Assembly: GCF_964204645.1 (NCBI RefSeq)
Contig: NC_134029.1
Location: 1,178,001 to 1,242,000 of the forward strand
Source of the DNA: Tubulanus polymorphus
Taxonomy: Eukaryota; Animalia; Nemertea
Direction: 5' to 3'
DNA: 64,000 nt
The notes beneath the pieces were generated by a model. The model searched no databases. It was given only the letters and a program-made list of their open reading frames with translations, and was not told the DNA's origin. Below, piece by piece: positions 29,291 to 41,516 of the stretch. The number at the start of each line of letters is the position of its first letter. The first letter of the stretch is position 1. Position numbers and translations under genes: made by a program.

Positions 29291-32200
29291 ATGTCTACGA
29301 AATCAGACATTTTTTGTGGGCTTTTGAAGTTGGTGCGCGCCGAGGTTCTTGCACTCGATCCGGCATCCCTCGGCGCGTTTTGTGATTTGAGTAAGTACAA
29401 ACTCTACTTCATCAATCTCATTTAGTTCATCTTGAGTATCTCAAATTCTCGATCATTTTTGACAAACATCTCAAATTATTTGATTTCCAACATCTGAAAT
29501 TATTTGATCTCAAATTCACAATCACAATTATTTTATCTCACATTATTTGATGCATTATTTGATTTCCTAAATCTCAAATTGTCTAAATCTCAATTATTTC
29601 GAATTTCATTAATTAAAAAATCTATTATCATCTAATATCAATTTCTTTCAATTCTCTTTTTAATTTTGGAAAACTCAATTTATGTCACACTGATAAAATT
29701 AGGACATTTATTTTGAACATATCCTTTTATGTTTCTAGTCTCTTATTCTATTTCAAATTTCTCAATTGTTCGAGTATAAATTTTTCATTTTGACATATGA
29801 TGCAATTTTGTCACCACTCTTAAACTCAATTGAATTTGCTAACGAATCTATGGTGAATAAAGTTTGAATTGAATTGAATAGTGAGTGGAGGCTCTGGTGG
29901 ATGAAAAATAACTTGAGGAAGTAACTTCATTTCCTGGTTTCGGTTCCAAATATTGTCGAAATTGTGAAATATTCATCATGTTATTCATATTCCAGTCAAT
30001 AGAGATAAGTTACAACATAAATAATTTAAGTTGTGTAGGCCTACAGACCAATGCATTTCATACGAAATCCTGATTTATGTTTAATAAATCAAGTAACTGG
30101 ACTGTGCGGTTCAGTCCATTAGTCAGGAAGTAGTTAGTTCCCTAAATCGTTGGTGGTAAGCTTTTTATAATCGGATGAGCTGTGGTTTGTGAAAATATCC
30201 GATCGTGAAACTAAACCACAGACAGGTTACTGACTAGTCAGGAAGCAGACTGCAGTTTAATCAACGCTGTGGCTACTCGTACGGACCGTACGGATTACTC
30301 TGGAGACTATTCGTACGGAACTAGGATCTGTACGCTAATAACTGTCGCTGATTGGCCGATTAACGCCGCGCATGCGTACAGAGGTGCACGACTTTGAAAA
30401 TTCAAGGAAAGTGTGGAGAATAGAATTAGAGAAAAATAGCGGATAGAGCGAGACTCGAACCCGGGCCAGTAAATTACTAGCACAGCATCGTACCACTGGA
30501 CCACCGAGCTCGCTGACAGTCGGTCGAATGTTTTAACTACATATAGCCTCACCTTACCCAAACCCTATACCTTCCCGTACACATAATTCCAGAGTTATCC
30601 GACGGGTGCGTACGAATAGCCTACGGAATTATTCGTACGGGTCCGTACGAGTAGCCACTTTGTTCAATTAATAACTTGACTACGGTTAAGTCCATATTTT
30701 AGTCAATAACTGGACTACGGTTTAGTCCATATTTTAGTCAATAACTGGACTACGGTTAAGTCCATATTTTAGTCAATAACTGGACTACGGTTTAGTCCAT
30801 ATTTTAGTCAATAACTGGTCGACCGTTTAGTCCATATTTTAGTCAATAAATGGACTGCGGTGTGGTACATATTTTAGTCAATAACTGGACTACCGTTTAG
30901 TCCATATTTTAGTCAATAACTGGACTGCGGTTTAGTCCATATTTTAGTCAATAACTGGACTGCGGTTTAGTCCATATTTTAGTCAATAACTGGACTACGG
31001 TTTAGTCCATATTTTAGTCAATAACTGGACTACGGTTTAGTCCATATTTTAGTCAATAACTGGACTACGGTTTAGTCCATATTTTAGTCAATAACTGGAC
31101 TACGGTTAAGTCCATATTTTAGTCAATAACTGGACTACCGTTTCGTCCATATTTTAGTCAATAACTGGACTACGGTTTAGTCCATATTTCAGTCAATAAC
31201 TGGACTGCAGTTTAGTTGATAGTTTAGTCAGGAACCGAATTTCGTTCTGAGACCAGATTTTATCAAATTTCCTCTAGCAGTTCATCAGATAGGCCTACCC
31301 TTTAACTTAATGTTTTATTTTCAGAATTCTCTTATTTTCTAAAGGCCATAAAAAGTATTTCCTCTACTGTTATCAAGGCCTGACATTTATCTAGGTCTAT
31401 CCCCTTTTACACCCTACAAGTTCGACAACGACATTTCATATTGTTTTTTCTGTAAACGGCTGCAGCTGTATTTATAGTGAATTACTCCACTGAAGAATTC
31501 TCTATTTGAGGGGTAAGTAGTGACTTATTTGAAATACTTAATGAACACATGTGAAATAAGCCTAAATTCTTAATATTGTTTATTGTTTGCTGATGTTTAA
31601 TTTTTATGAATAAAAGTTTTATTATAATTTGTAGTGAATGGATTTAAATGTATGAAGTTGCAGCAGCGGGCAGTGTCGTGTGAAATGGTTTTTACCCCTG
31701 TTGGTTATTTCTGAAGGTACAGCAGGGGACAGTGTCCTGTGAAATGGATCTTACCCCTGGTGGTTGTTTCTGAAAGTAAAAGCTGAAGTATTTGTTTGAT
31801 GATGAAAATACAGAAGAAACTTGAATGAAATTATTTGTGTTGTTTTTCTGTTTGTCGTGAAATGAAAATGAATTAGACTTAGCAAAAACTATAGGGAAAT
31901 GTGCAGTACTCGAAGGATATATCGCAATTTTTGGAGTAAAATTCGGTGAAAATCCATTTTAGAAAAATATATTCAAATGTCTCGGATTTTACTGGATTTT
32001 TTTGCCCTTGATGATACTGTAGACTCCACTTAAACTGGTAAACAGTCTATATCTGGTATAATCTGTTGAATTCGATGAAATAAAGATGAAACGTTGTTTT
32101 TCAATACATAGATTTTGCCTTTTCTGGTATATTGCTCTATTCGATGATAATGATAATTATAATATTATGCGTCTAGTGCAGCTGCTCCGAGAGCTTTACA

Positions 32201-35200
32201 TTTTCGGTTTTATTGCCCCAGCCATTTAATAGTCTCCTTGGGAGAAGCAACATCCGAGCAGCTGCTAGGCGCTCAGGAGTCATCTGTCAGGCCAGGTACC
32301 CATTTACTCCTGGGTGCAAAGAGGCAATGAGGATAAGTGTCTTGCTAGGGACACGGTAATGTACGGGGTTCGAATCCACGACGACCTGGTTTCTCCGAAC
32401 GCTTCCCTTATCCCGTAAATGTTCACTTCATTTCCGTTTATTCTCTGCCTAAACAGGTAAACTGTAATGGCTGTTCACTTACAATATAGAATACATTTAC
32501 TTATCAATCTTCTATCTGTGTTAGAGGTTGAGGCCTTATGTTCTATTACTGTAACTTAAACTGGTCTTAGTTTCCATTATGCAAGGGCATCACAAGTGAA
32601 CCGAAACAGGAAAATGTTGCGGGATAAAGAAACGTGAAATGTCCAGTCTATTGAACGACTTGTGTCTGGTGTATTATAGAAGGAATTGTGGCCATTCGCT
32701 ACACGGTCAGATGTTGTAAAATACAAAGAAATTGATAATTTTGACCGGTGTTCAGCTCAATAATTCTTTTCATCCATTGATTTTTTTTTGCAATTCTTCA
32801 AACCGGTTAATGCCTAATTCGGTATAAAAAGGAAGCGTAGCGGTTTAGGAAGAGTCTACCGTGTGATGAATACCAGTTGTGCATGGAATTTTATTGTTCT
32901 GAATAAATCAATGGCTGCTGTAAGATGAATTATACATTCTAGGTAAGTTATGTAATGAATATGTGATGTACCGATAGGCCTATTGCTGACAATAGCCGCG
33001 TTTACACGACAACTAGTTAGATCGGTCTAAATGGGTCCGTACCCGCTCCTGTCCAAATTTAGACCGGACCAAATTTTGGTGAGCGTTCACACGGCGTTAT
33101 GACACGCGGTGAAAAAATCGCTTGTCACCGGGCCCACAAGATGTCGCCATCTGCTAAATGATTAATTACGCCTGGATGAAGTCTTGCTTTCAGATTCCAA
33201 GTAGAGCACGACATTCTTCATTTGACCAATTCGATCCTCTTGTCAGGTTTATACACTATCATGCTGAAACTCTAAGTGTCGTTTAAACACGGTTCAAAAC
33301 ACGGCAATAAAACGGATGATGATCGCGATATACGAATACGAATTACGCTCCAAAAGTTTCCATCGAATAGGGAGTAAAAACAGTACTTAAAAATAATTAC
33401 ATAAACGGTAATGAAAGCATTTAAAACTTAATAAACTGGACTCACACTCTGCCGCAGAGGTGGCGACATCTACCGCAGAGATTCAGAATTACGATTTAGA
33501 CCGGACCTGGTACCAGTTTCTGTCCACACACGCGTATTTAGACCGGTCCAAAATTTGGTCCGGACCTGGTTCGCTCTTCTAGAACGCTTGGTCCGGTCTA
33601 AATTGGACCGGACCAAATTTAGACCGGTCTAAATTTCGTCGTGTGATCGCGCCTAATGAATATTCTATTGGGAATAATGAATTACAGCCATTTATGTTGA
33701 TAGTTAAATATTGTTCTTCAAAATGAATGTTTTTTTATTTGTAGTGAGTGTTGTTTCTGAAGGTGCAGTAGCGGGCAGTGTTGTGTGAAATGCTTTTACT
33801 GGTTTTAGATTCAGTGAAGTGAAATTATTTGTGTCGTTTTTCTGTTTTAATTCATGCTGTAAATAGTTTAAACAATAAAATATTCAAATAGAAAATAGAA
33901 AATTCAGTAGAAAATATACAAATTCTCCCACTTACCGTGGATGGAGTGTGGCACTGTATGCAATGAAAAAGTTTTCTACAAAATAATTGAATACATTTCT
34001 GAAGTGTGGACACATTTTTCACTCATCCATTTGAAAAGTAATTACTGAATAAAAGGAATTATCGATTAATTTTTTGTTGATACAGCGCGACATTTGTTTT
34101 AAATTAGATCTTTTATCGTTTCAAAGTTTCCATTTCAATTGGTTGATAAATGAAAAGTTATCATGCGTGTTATTCCAAAGAGGTTCCCAGATTTTGAAAC
34201 CAGGGTCATGGGTAACAATTCCATTGATTATTCATTATAATGTATAGTTTTTGTCACCTGGAACCTGGTACGTCATCACCCCAGAAAAAAAATCAAGTGT
34301 ATTTTTGATTCATGATTATCTACCAAAATTGATTGTCAAGGTAATGGTAGGATGTAATTTATTACAATCAGTATTTCCGTTAATGAATTAACAAAAGTGT
34401 ACCCGTCCACGTACAGGGTTGGTTCTGAAATATATCAAGTATATAAGACATGAAAATACCATTATAAAATGTGTATTGGAAGATTCAATTATCAGCCTCA
34501 CTGATGATATACTGTCAACTCATCGTTATTATGTAATGGATGATGCAAATCATGAGAGCAGTTAAAAGTGTAGTTACAACAGCGTTAGTCTACAACCAGT
34601 GACATGATCACTTCTCACAAAATAAGCTTACGATCCCTTCCAAACGTTCAAATGACCCTTCTCACCCCATCACGTCACATTCACCTATTGGATAACTGCA
34701 TTATTTTATAGGTTACTATATACAAATATGATAATTATATTCGAACATGTCATTATGTCATTTATGTGTAATATGCATGATCCTTAATGTTTTTTTTTTT
34801 TTCATTTCAGATATAGACATCATTGAAAACATCCAACATGACCAGTCTGAAGCAGCCCGCAGAGTACTTCCAGCATTACGAGATACTTATACAAGGTGTG
34901 TATCTCTCTGCGGGCCTAAGGAACCAACTCTTCCTGAAATTGTTCCACCTTTTGAGTTGGTTCCTTTGCAGGAGGTGGACCCTGCTTCTCCCGTAAATGT
35001 GGAGCAGGAGGTCGCCCCTGCAGTGGTGACCCCGACAGAGGCGCCACAGCTTCAGACGCCTTCACTGCGTCGGTCGCCCCGTCAAAAGACTAAAGATATA
35101 GATTACGCAATAGGTTCGGGGCGTCCGAAAACAAAAAAAAAAGGCAAACGTGCAGCTCGTCCTCCTCCACCTCCGCAACCAAATTTTGAGGAGGAGAGCA

Positions 35201-35697
35201 GTGATGAGGAGGAATTCGCCACTCCTGGAGCGACACCACCAGGGCCCGCAACTCCCCCGCCACCACCACCACCACCACGTACCAGACCACCACCACGTAC
35301 CAGACCACCAACATCTAAGTCAACACCAGCATCTACGTCAACACCAGCATCTACGTCAACACCAGCATCTACGTCAACACCAGCATCTACGTCAACACCA
35401 GCATCTACGTCAACACCAGCATCTGCCGGACCACCACCATCAACCGGACCACCTCCATCAACATCGACATCGACTGGAAAAAATAGAAATAAGAAGAGAA
35501 AATATAATGATAACGAGAATGCTTCAACATCAGGCGCTCCAGTGGGGGCACCACCTTCCCCCGCTGTTGAGCTGGTGGCGCGCGGCCCTGGGTGGTCAAG
35601 AAACATCAACTACCACGATCCAATCAAAATGCTCCGCGATGTTGAAGGGGCCTTTAAAGGAAAATACGAATTAGTTAAACGTAGGCGAACAAATTAA
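29291..35697 (+). CDS. Orphan 328-aa Pro/Ser/Thr-rich basic protein, putatively nuclear
   Basis: Exon 2 opens at acceptor ttacattgcag|29162, has accATG at 29291, and ends at the phase-1 donor A|GTAAGT after 29390. It splices in phase to the strong acceptor T-tract-catttcag|34811 of an open 887-nt exon ending TAA at 35697 (100+887=987 nt). Product: MSTKSDIFCGLLKLVRAEVLALDPASLGAFCDLNIDIIENIQHDQSEAARRVLPALRDTYTRCVSLCGPKEP...KRRRTN. Confidence 0.7.
30269..30658. mobile_element. MITE containing an internal tRNA-like segment
   Basis: TIRs gtggctactcgtacggacc ... ggtccgtacgagtagccac; internal minus-strand A-box TGGTCCAGTGG and B-box GGTTCGAGTCT at 30438-30514. Confidence 0.75.
30670..31215. repeat. 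35-bp tandem array with an internal stem-loop
   Basis: (agtcaataactggactacggtttagtccatatttt)n, about 15 copies; tggacta-cggtt-tagtcca hairpin in each unit. Confidence 0.92.
32210..32390 (-). mobile_element. tRNA-derived SINE with a MIR/CORE-like segment
   Basis: Minus strand: B-box gtggattcgaacccc followed by gtgtccctagcaagacacttatcctcattgcctctttgcacccaggagtaaatgggtacc, resembling the conserved segment of widespread metazoan SINEs. Confidence 0.65.
32995..33653. mobile_element. Non-autonomous TIR element (PIF/Harbinger-like)
   Basis: ta|gccgcgtttacacgac ... gtcgtgtgatcgcgcc|ta, with subterminal repeats aatttagaccgg(a/t)c in both orientations. Confidence 0.7.
35320..35427 (+). repeat. Coding 18-bp tandem repeat (STPAST x6)
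   Basis: (tcaacaccagcatctacg)n in frame inside the orphan exon. Confidence 0.9.
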
Positions 35698-37307
35698 AAT
35701 AACATCAGCCCCTTCACTCGCCATCACCCGGGCAACAACATCAGCCCATGCACGTCTGCAGATCGGCACTTCTTGAAACTCAGTTTTCCCTTCCACCTTC
35801 GTCGATCTGCAGGTTGCGCAGTGTTAAATATCTGTCAACACTCCTTGAACCAGTGGGCGTGCAGTCCTCCTTGCTTTTATAAAAAAAATATGAAAATAAA
35901 AAACCAGACATCATTGCATATAATCATTGCTTTTATGGAGGTTTTACGGTTTCTCCAAAAAAATTTAAAAAATTGAAAAATGATAAAAAAAATTCATTAT
36001 CATTTCATCCCTTTATTTACTTTTTGGACAAAAAGAAATATTTGTCCATCATCCCATTCATTTACTTTTTAAATCATTTATTTATTTTTTTTTGACTGTA
36101 CGACCCACTGTGTTCCACTCCATTTTAACCCCCATTTTTGCATTAACTCTTACCTTATTAACTAAGGTTCATTGTGCTTCTCACAATGCTGAAGCATTAA
36201 CCATTCTTGGCGCTACTTTGCAGCAGTAGCCATCTATACCACCTAATTGTGGCAGTAGCCTTCTTATGAGTCATCAATTCTAATACCATGGTCGACCTTT
36301 TCAAATATCTTTCGGGATATAAACCATCCTTGCCACTACTTTGCAGCAGTAACCATCCATACCACCTGATTGTGGCAGTAGCCTTCTTAGGAGTCATCTA
36401 TTCTAATTCTATGGTCAGCCGTTGTAAATCTCTTTCGAGATATGCAGGGAATCAATTCCTACAATAACTCCTATGGAGTTTGAAAAAAAGTGGATTTTTC
36501 CAATCAAAAGGAACTGTTACGTGATTCTTTATCGAACTTTATCGAAACATGGAGAAGGAATAGCTATGTTTCACACATAATGCGTTTCCTTATGAAGCTG
36601 AAAATAACATGGAGATGGAACAGCTATGTTTCACATAATGCGATTCCTTAGGAAATTTCATTGAAACAGATTTTTCAATGTTCCATGTTGCCCCCTCCCC
36701 CAAATACTACGACGTTTATACGTCAAGTGCTAAACCATTATATCGTTATTAACATATTTGTTTTTCTAATTACAGAATTAAAGATTAATTTAATATGACA
36801 TGAAAACTTGAATGATTGAAATGTTAATATCTAATGCTCAACAATGGAGGGAAATCCTTCACATGTGATCGGAGGGATTTAGAATGTTTACTCATAAGGA
36901 AAAGGGATATATATTTATATACGTGAGATTGCCTGGATTAAAAATTGCGCAAGAAAGGAAACCACAGCAAAGACTACGGTAATCAATTTCATTACATTTC
37001 TAAGGTGTGAAACCATCACCATCTGGATCGGTGATCAATGCATGAATGCATGAGTTCATAATTGAACATAGGATATAATAGAAAAAAAGCTAAGATCTGC
37101 AAAAATGCAATGATTAAGAATCTCTGATAAAGAAAGTATAAAATAAAGATCTTGGATTGGAAAGTTTGTTGTTATCACATCAGTGATCGGGTTTTATGGA
37201 TTGATATTGATCTCTACTGATTCTAACGATCACCAGGATCAAGGGTTGAGTTCAAAATTCTTGTTAATAATTAGTCTTAATTAATCTCTTGTTGAAATCA
37301 ATAAGGC

Positions 37308-37485
37308 ATATGAGAGAGGAGGTTCAGGGAGGTATGAGAGAGGAGGTTCAGGGAATATGAGAGAGGAGGTTCAGGGAATATGAGAGAGGAGTTTATGGAG
37401 ATATGAGAGAGGAGTTTATGGAGATATGAGAGAGGAGTTTATGGAGATATGATAGAGGAGTTTAGAGAGATATGATAGAGGAGAT
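37308..37485. repeat. ~21-bp purine-rich minisatellite
   Basis: (tatgagagaggagtttatggaga / tatgagagaggaggttcagggaa)n. Confidence 0.85.
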
Positions 37486-38439
37486 GGTCTAAAAGGAAAA
37501 TTGTTAAGTTCATAACAATCGATCAACTCAGTAATAGACACCGCTCTGATAAAGTAACTCCTGGTCCTTGATTGGGGTCTAAATTGCGTTTAGCAATTGA
37601 AATATGGTTGATAGAGCGTGGAATTGTTTCCACGTAGGCGAGCAATGCATAAAACACACGTCAGATTAAGGCTGTTGAGAGTGAATTATCAATAGATTTA
37701 AGAAATCTACGCTGAAGTTGTTTTCAAGAAGTCAATCATTCATATGGTTGTTAATCTGATCAGGTTCTCAGGTGCTTCCTTCGTCCCCAAAAACGGCATA
37801 AGTTGTATCAAAGTATGTGATATAACCTACTAATTGATTACATGAAAAGAGACTATTTGTAGTTTCTCAGCCATTTTGCAATTATTGTTGTGAAGAGGTC
37901 ACAAAATCCAAACTAAAACCAGCATCATCAATAGATTTCTACTGACTGAGACCCGGTCATACTGCACATGTTGAACAGTTTGTTGTATTTTTGTGGTTCC
38001 AGTTTCTCACGTTCCAAGATAGAACAAAGTTCCTAAATTTTGAGTCCTTCAGTGCTGAAATTCCAATTTACTACAAATTTCCTAATTCCAATTTCAATTG
38101 AAATTCCAATTTACTACGAGTTTCCTAATCTTAACTTTCCAAAAGTTTGAATTTTTCCTAATATGTCCTATATTTCCCAAAATCATATTTTATGTGAATT
38201 ATTATCGCTATTATTGGATTCTTTCAATGATGTTTTGGTTCGATATTATGATTGATCAAGGTGATCCATCTAAATCTATTTCATTGGTATAAATTATGAA
38301 TTATTCATATCTGCAAACATTTCATTGATACTTCTAAACTAGTAATTCTGAAAACACCCTAAAAAACTATTTTACCCATATTTTTAAGACAATCGTAGAA
38401 AGTATTTTAAATTATCACAATTTTAAAGTATCTATAATA

Positions 38440-38850
38440 TGTAAAACTATTTTATCTGAATTTTAAAAAGATTGAAGAGACTATTTTATATCTGAATTTT
38501 AAAACACCTGTGATATCTAAAAATTATTTTATCTGAATTTTAAAAAGATTGAAGAAACTATTTTATATCTGAATTTTAAAACACCTGTGATATCTAGAAA
38601 CTATTTTATCTGAATTTTAAAAAGATTGAAGAAACTATTTTATATCTGAATTTTAAAACACCTGTGATATCTAGAAACTATTTTATCTGAATTTTAAAAA
38701 GATTGAAGAAACTATTTTATATCTGAATTTTAAAACACCTGTGATATCTAAAAACTATGTTATCTGAATTTTAATCTATTAAAGAAACTATTTTATATCT
38801 GAATTTTAAAATACCTATGATATCTAAAAACTATTTTATCTGAATTTTAT
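38440..38850. repeat. 77-bp AT-rich tandem array (two related subunits)
   Basis: aactattttatctgaattttaaaaagattgaagaaactattttatatctgaattttaaaacacctgtgatatctaga, about 5 copies. Confidence 0.9.
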
Positions 38851-39351
38851 ACTATTTCATTTGTATGTATTTTATCTCAATGTATGTATTTTATCTTTTG
38901 TTTATATTTGAAAACTATTTTATTTTTTATATTTAAAAACTATTTTATTTGTATATATTCCTTTTAGAACAATGATTTATTTATATTTCAATACTAACTA
39001 AAAGATCAATTTGATGAAATATTTTATATTTGACTATCACTGTGTATATTCGAACCCCAGTGATTTCATGAGAATGGAATAACTGAAGGTCCAGGTTTTA
39101 TCACCGAATACTCTTTGACACAATTACGTGGTCCACAACACAGATATAAATAGTGGTTATATAAAAGGCCCATGTTGTATATAGTGCACGCATAAAGAGC
39201 TTTTACGGTTGATATAGACTTTGTAAATATGAAATGTGATTGAGAACTTTTTCTCATACTTTCTTTACCTTTTTTCCTGTAGTTTTTTTTTCAATTTTTA
39301 TTAAAGTAATTCAATGAATTATCTACTCATTTTCAGTTGGTGTTTCACTAT

Positions 39352-39523
39352 TATGGAATGCGATGAATAAAAAACAGTCTGAGTGTATTTTTCACATGGT
39401 AGTTTCAGCGTCCTGTCGTATGAAATTTTGAATTTTTAATTTGATGTCATATCAAGAAAATATATGACTGAAAACATCATATGAAAAATACACTCAGATT
39501 GTTTTTCATTTATCTCGTTCCAT
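39352..39523. mobile_element. MITE / foldback with ~57-bp inverted arms
   Basis: tatggaatgcgatgaataaaaaacagtctgagtgtatttttcacatg ... catatgaaaaatacactcagattgtttttcatttatctcgttccata. Confidence 0.7.
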
Positions 39524-39982
39524 ACAATACAGGACTCAGTTCCACAGTTTGATTTGGATACAAGAATTTAGATACATATTTGTTGCATAACTGTGGAACT
39601 GGGTCTTGTTAAATTGTGAGCATGATGTTTATGATTAATCACTAGTGCGTTTGAAACTAGATATTAAAACTTTGGTTTCAAGTTAACCTTAGTTTAGATT
39701 AGTTGGTTTTTGTTTAGTTATTTTAGTAATTTTCGCTGTTTATGAATTTAATTCGTTCCAGTTGATTTAAGTCTAATTTAGTTAAAGTTTTAGTTCATTT
39801 AGGTCAAGTTTTCACTATAGCTGTTAACTTAAATAAAGTATAAACCTCTGATAAATTGAGGGTCAATTTATCTTATGATAAGTTACACTCGGGTATATTA
39901 ATCAATAATCCCGTTTAAGATCTCCTTTTTTTATGCGGTTCAGAGATTTTCACTGAATAAAACAGTAACATCTTAGAATGTG

Positions 39983-40585
39983 ATGAACTGAGGGTAAATT
40001 CAGCATTGTTGAAATTACTTTCGGGATCATCATTAAAAAAAATGAATGAACTGAGGGTAAATTCATCATTGTTGAAATTACTCTCAGGATCATCATTAAA
40101 ACAATGAATGAACTGAGGGTAAATTCATCATTGTTGAAATTACTCTCAGGATCATCATTAAAACAATGAATGAACTGAGGGTAAATTCATCATTGTTGAA
40201 ATCACACTCAGGATCATCATTAAAACAATGGATGAACTGAGGGTAAATTCATCATTGTTGAAATCACTCTCAGGATCATCATTAAAACAATGGATGAACT
40301 GAGGGTAAATTCATCATTGTTGGATTCACTCTCAGGATCATCATTAAAGAATGAATGAACTGAGGGTAAATTCATCATTGTTGAAATCACTCTCAGGATC
40401 ATCATTAAAACAATGGATGAACTGAGGGTAAATTAATCATTGTTGAAATTACTCTCAGGATCATCATGAAAACAATGGGTGAACTGAGGGTAAATTCATC
40501 ATTGTTGAAATCACTCTCAGGATCATCAGTAAAACAATGGGTGAACTGAGGGTAAATTCATCATTGATGAAATCACTCTCAGTTC
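39983..40585. repeat. 62-bp tandem array
   Basis: (gaactgagggtaaattcatcattgttgaaatcactctcaggatcatcattaaaacaatg(a/g)at)n, about 10 copies. Confidence 0.92.
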
Positions 40586-41516
40586 ATTGAGGATATTTTA
40601 GCGTTAACACCAGTTTTAATTACCCCCCTGTTTTCTTGTTATTGAAAGTAACATCACTAGTTATAGAATAGATGATTCGGTTTTTTATTGTTTGATGAAC
40701 TTGCAGTTAATAAGAATGATTAATAATACAATACTCTCAGGTCATTGAAACATAATCTTTAATGTTATCTTAATTTTAGGGATCTAGGGTTTTACGCTGA
40801 AATAGATTATAAATGAATGAAACAATGGAATTTTAAATCAGTATTTTTTCGTTACTGTCAGAGAACTTTTATTTAATTTTTAGGCTTTTCACTTTTTGGT
40901 GTCTCTAGATTCTAGTTTTTTTCTAAAATATTGTTGAAATTTTGTTGTGTTTTTTAATCGATTTTAAGCTTAAGTCCCAGCAGGCTAGTGTATTCGCTTT
41001 TTATCCGTTGTTCGACTGGCAGAATAGTATCAAGATGGCTGACTGGTAGCCATTCTTGTTCGGCACTTTTACACAGTTTAGAAGTTTTTAAGGGAGGTTT
41101 CAAAGATTTCTCCAACATTTGATGTTTGATACCGATATTTATCCCCCATCATTATTAGAAATATTGGGTTGCTTTAACTTACAGTCATGATGTTTGATAA
41201 TTGTTAGCATTGTCATAGGACACCACTTACATGGAATCATTCTTACCCCATTTTCTATTCTTCCCATCAGGGGTATTGAATTCATACAATTTTTCCATTA
41301 GTTTTGGTATTTATGCATATAACCGCAATCAATTGCATATTTGCAGCATTGGTTTTTGTTATGTTTACCGGGGGGCATTAGATATCTAAATTGTCAGATT
41401 GTCAAGCATTTCACCGAGTGGGCATGGTGTCCCTGCACCTCTAGTTTATATCCTTTTTCACTGCTTTCAAGGTTCTCGTACACATTTCATATTTACATGC
41501 AGCTTTTTCATTCGAT

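Noticed and set aside
28108-30514. Functional tRNA genes at 28108-28175 and 30438-30514 (also ~15525-15585)
   Set aside because: A/B boxes are present but acceptor and anticodon stems do not pair properly; treated as SINE-like remnants.
30670-31215. CRISPR-like array (35-bp palindromic repeats)
   Set aside because: The repeats are head-to-tail with no unique spacers, the context is a eukaryotic intron, and there are no cas genes. The same applies to the 31-, 62- and 71-bp arrays.
35090-35674. Overlapping alternative-frame and antisense ORFs over the orphan exon
   Set aside because: Shadows of the GC-rich repetitive coding exon; only the 34811-35697 frame has a matching acceptor and upstream exon.
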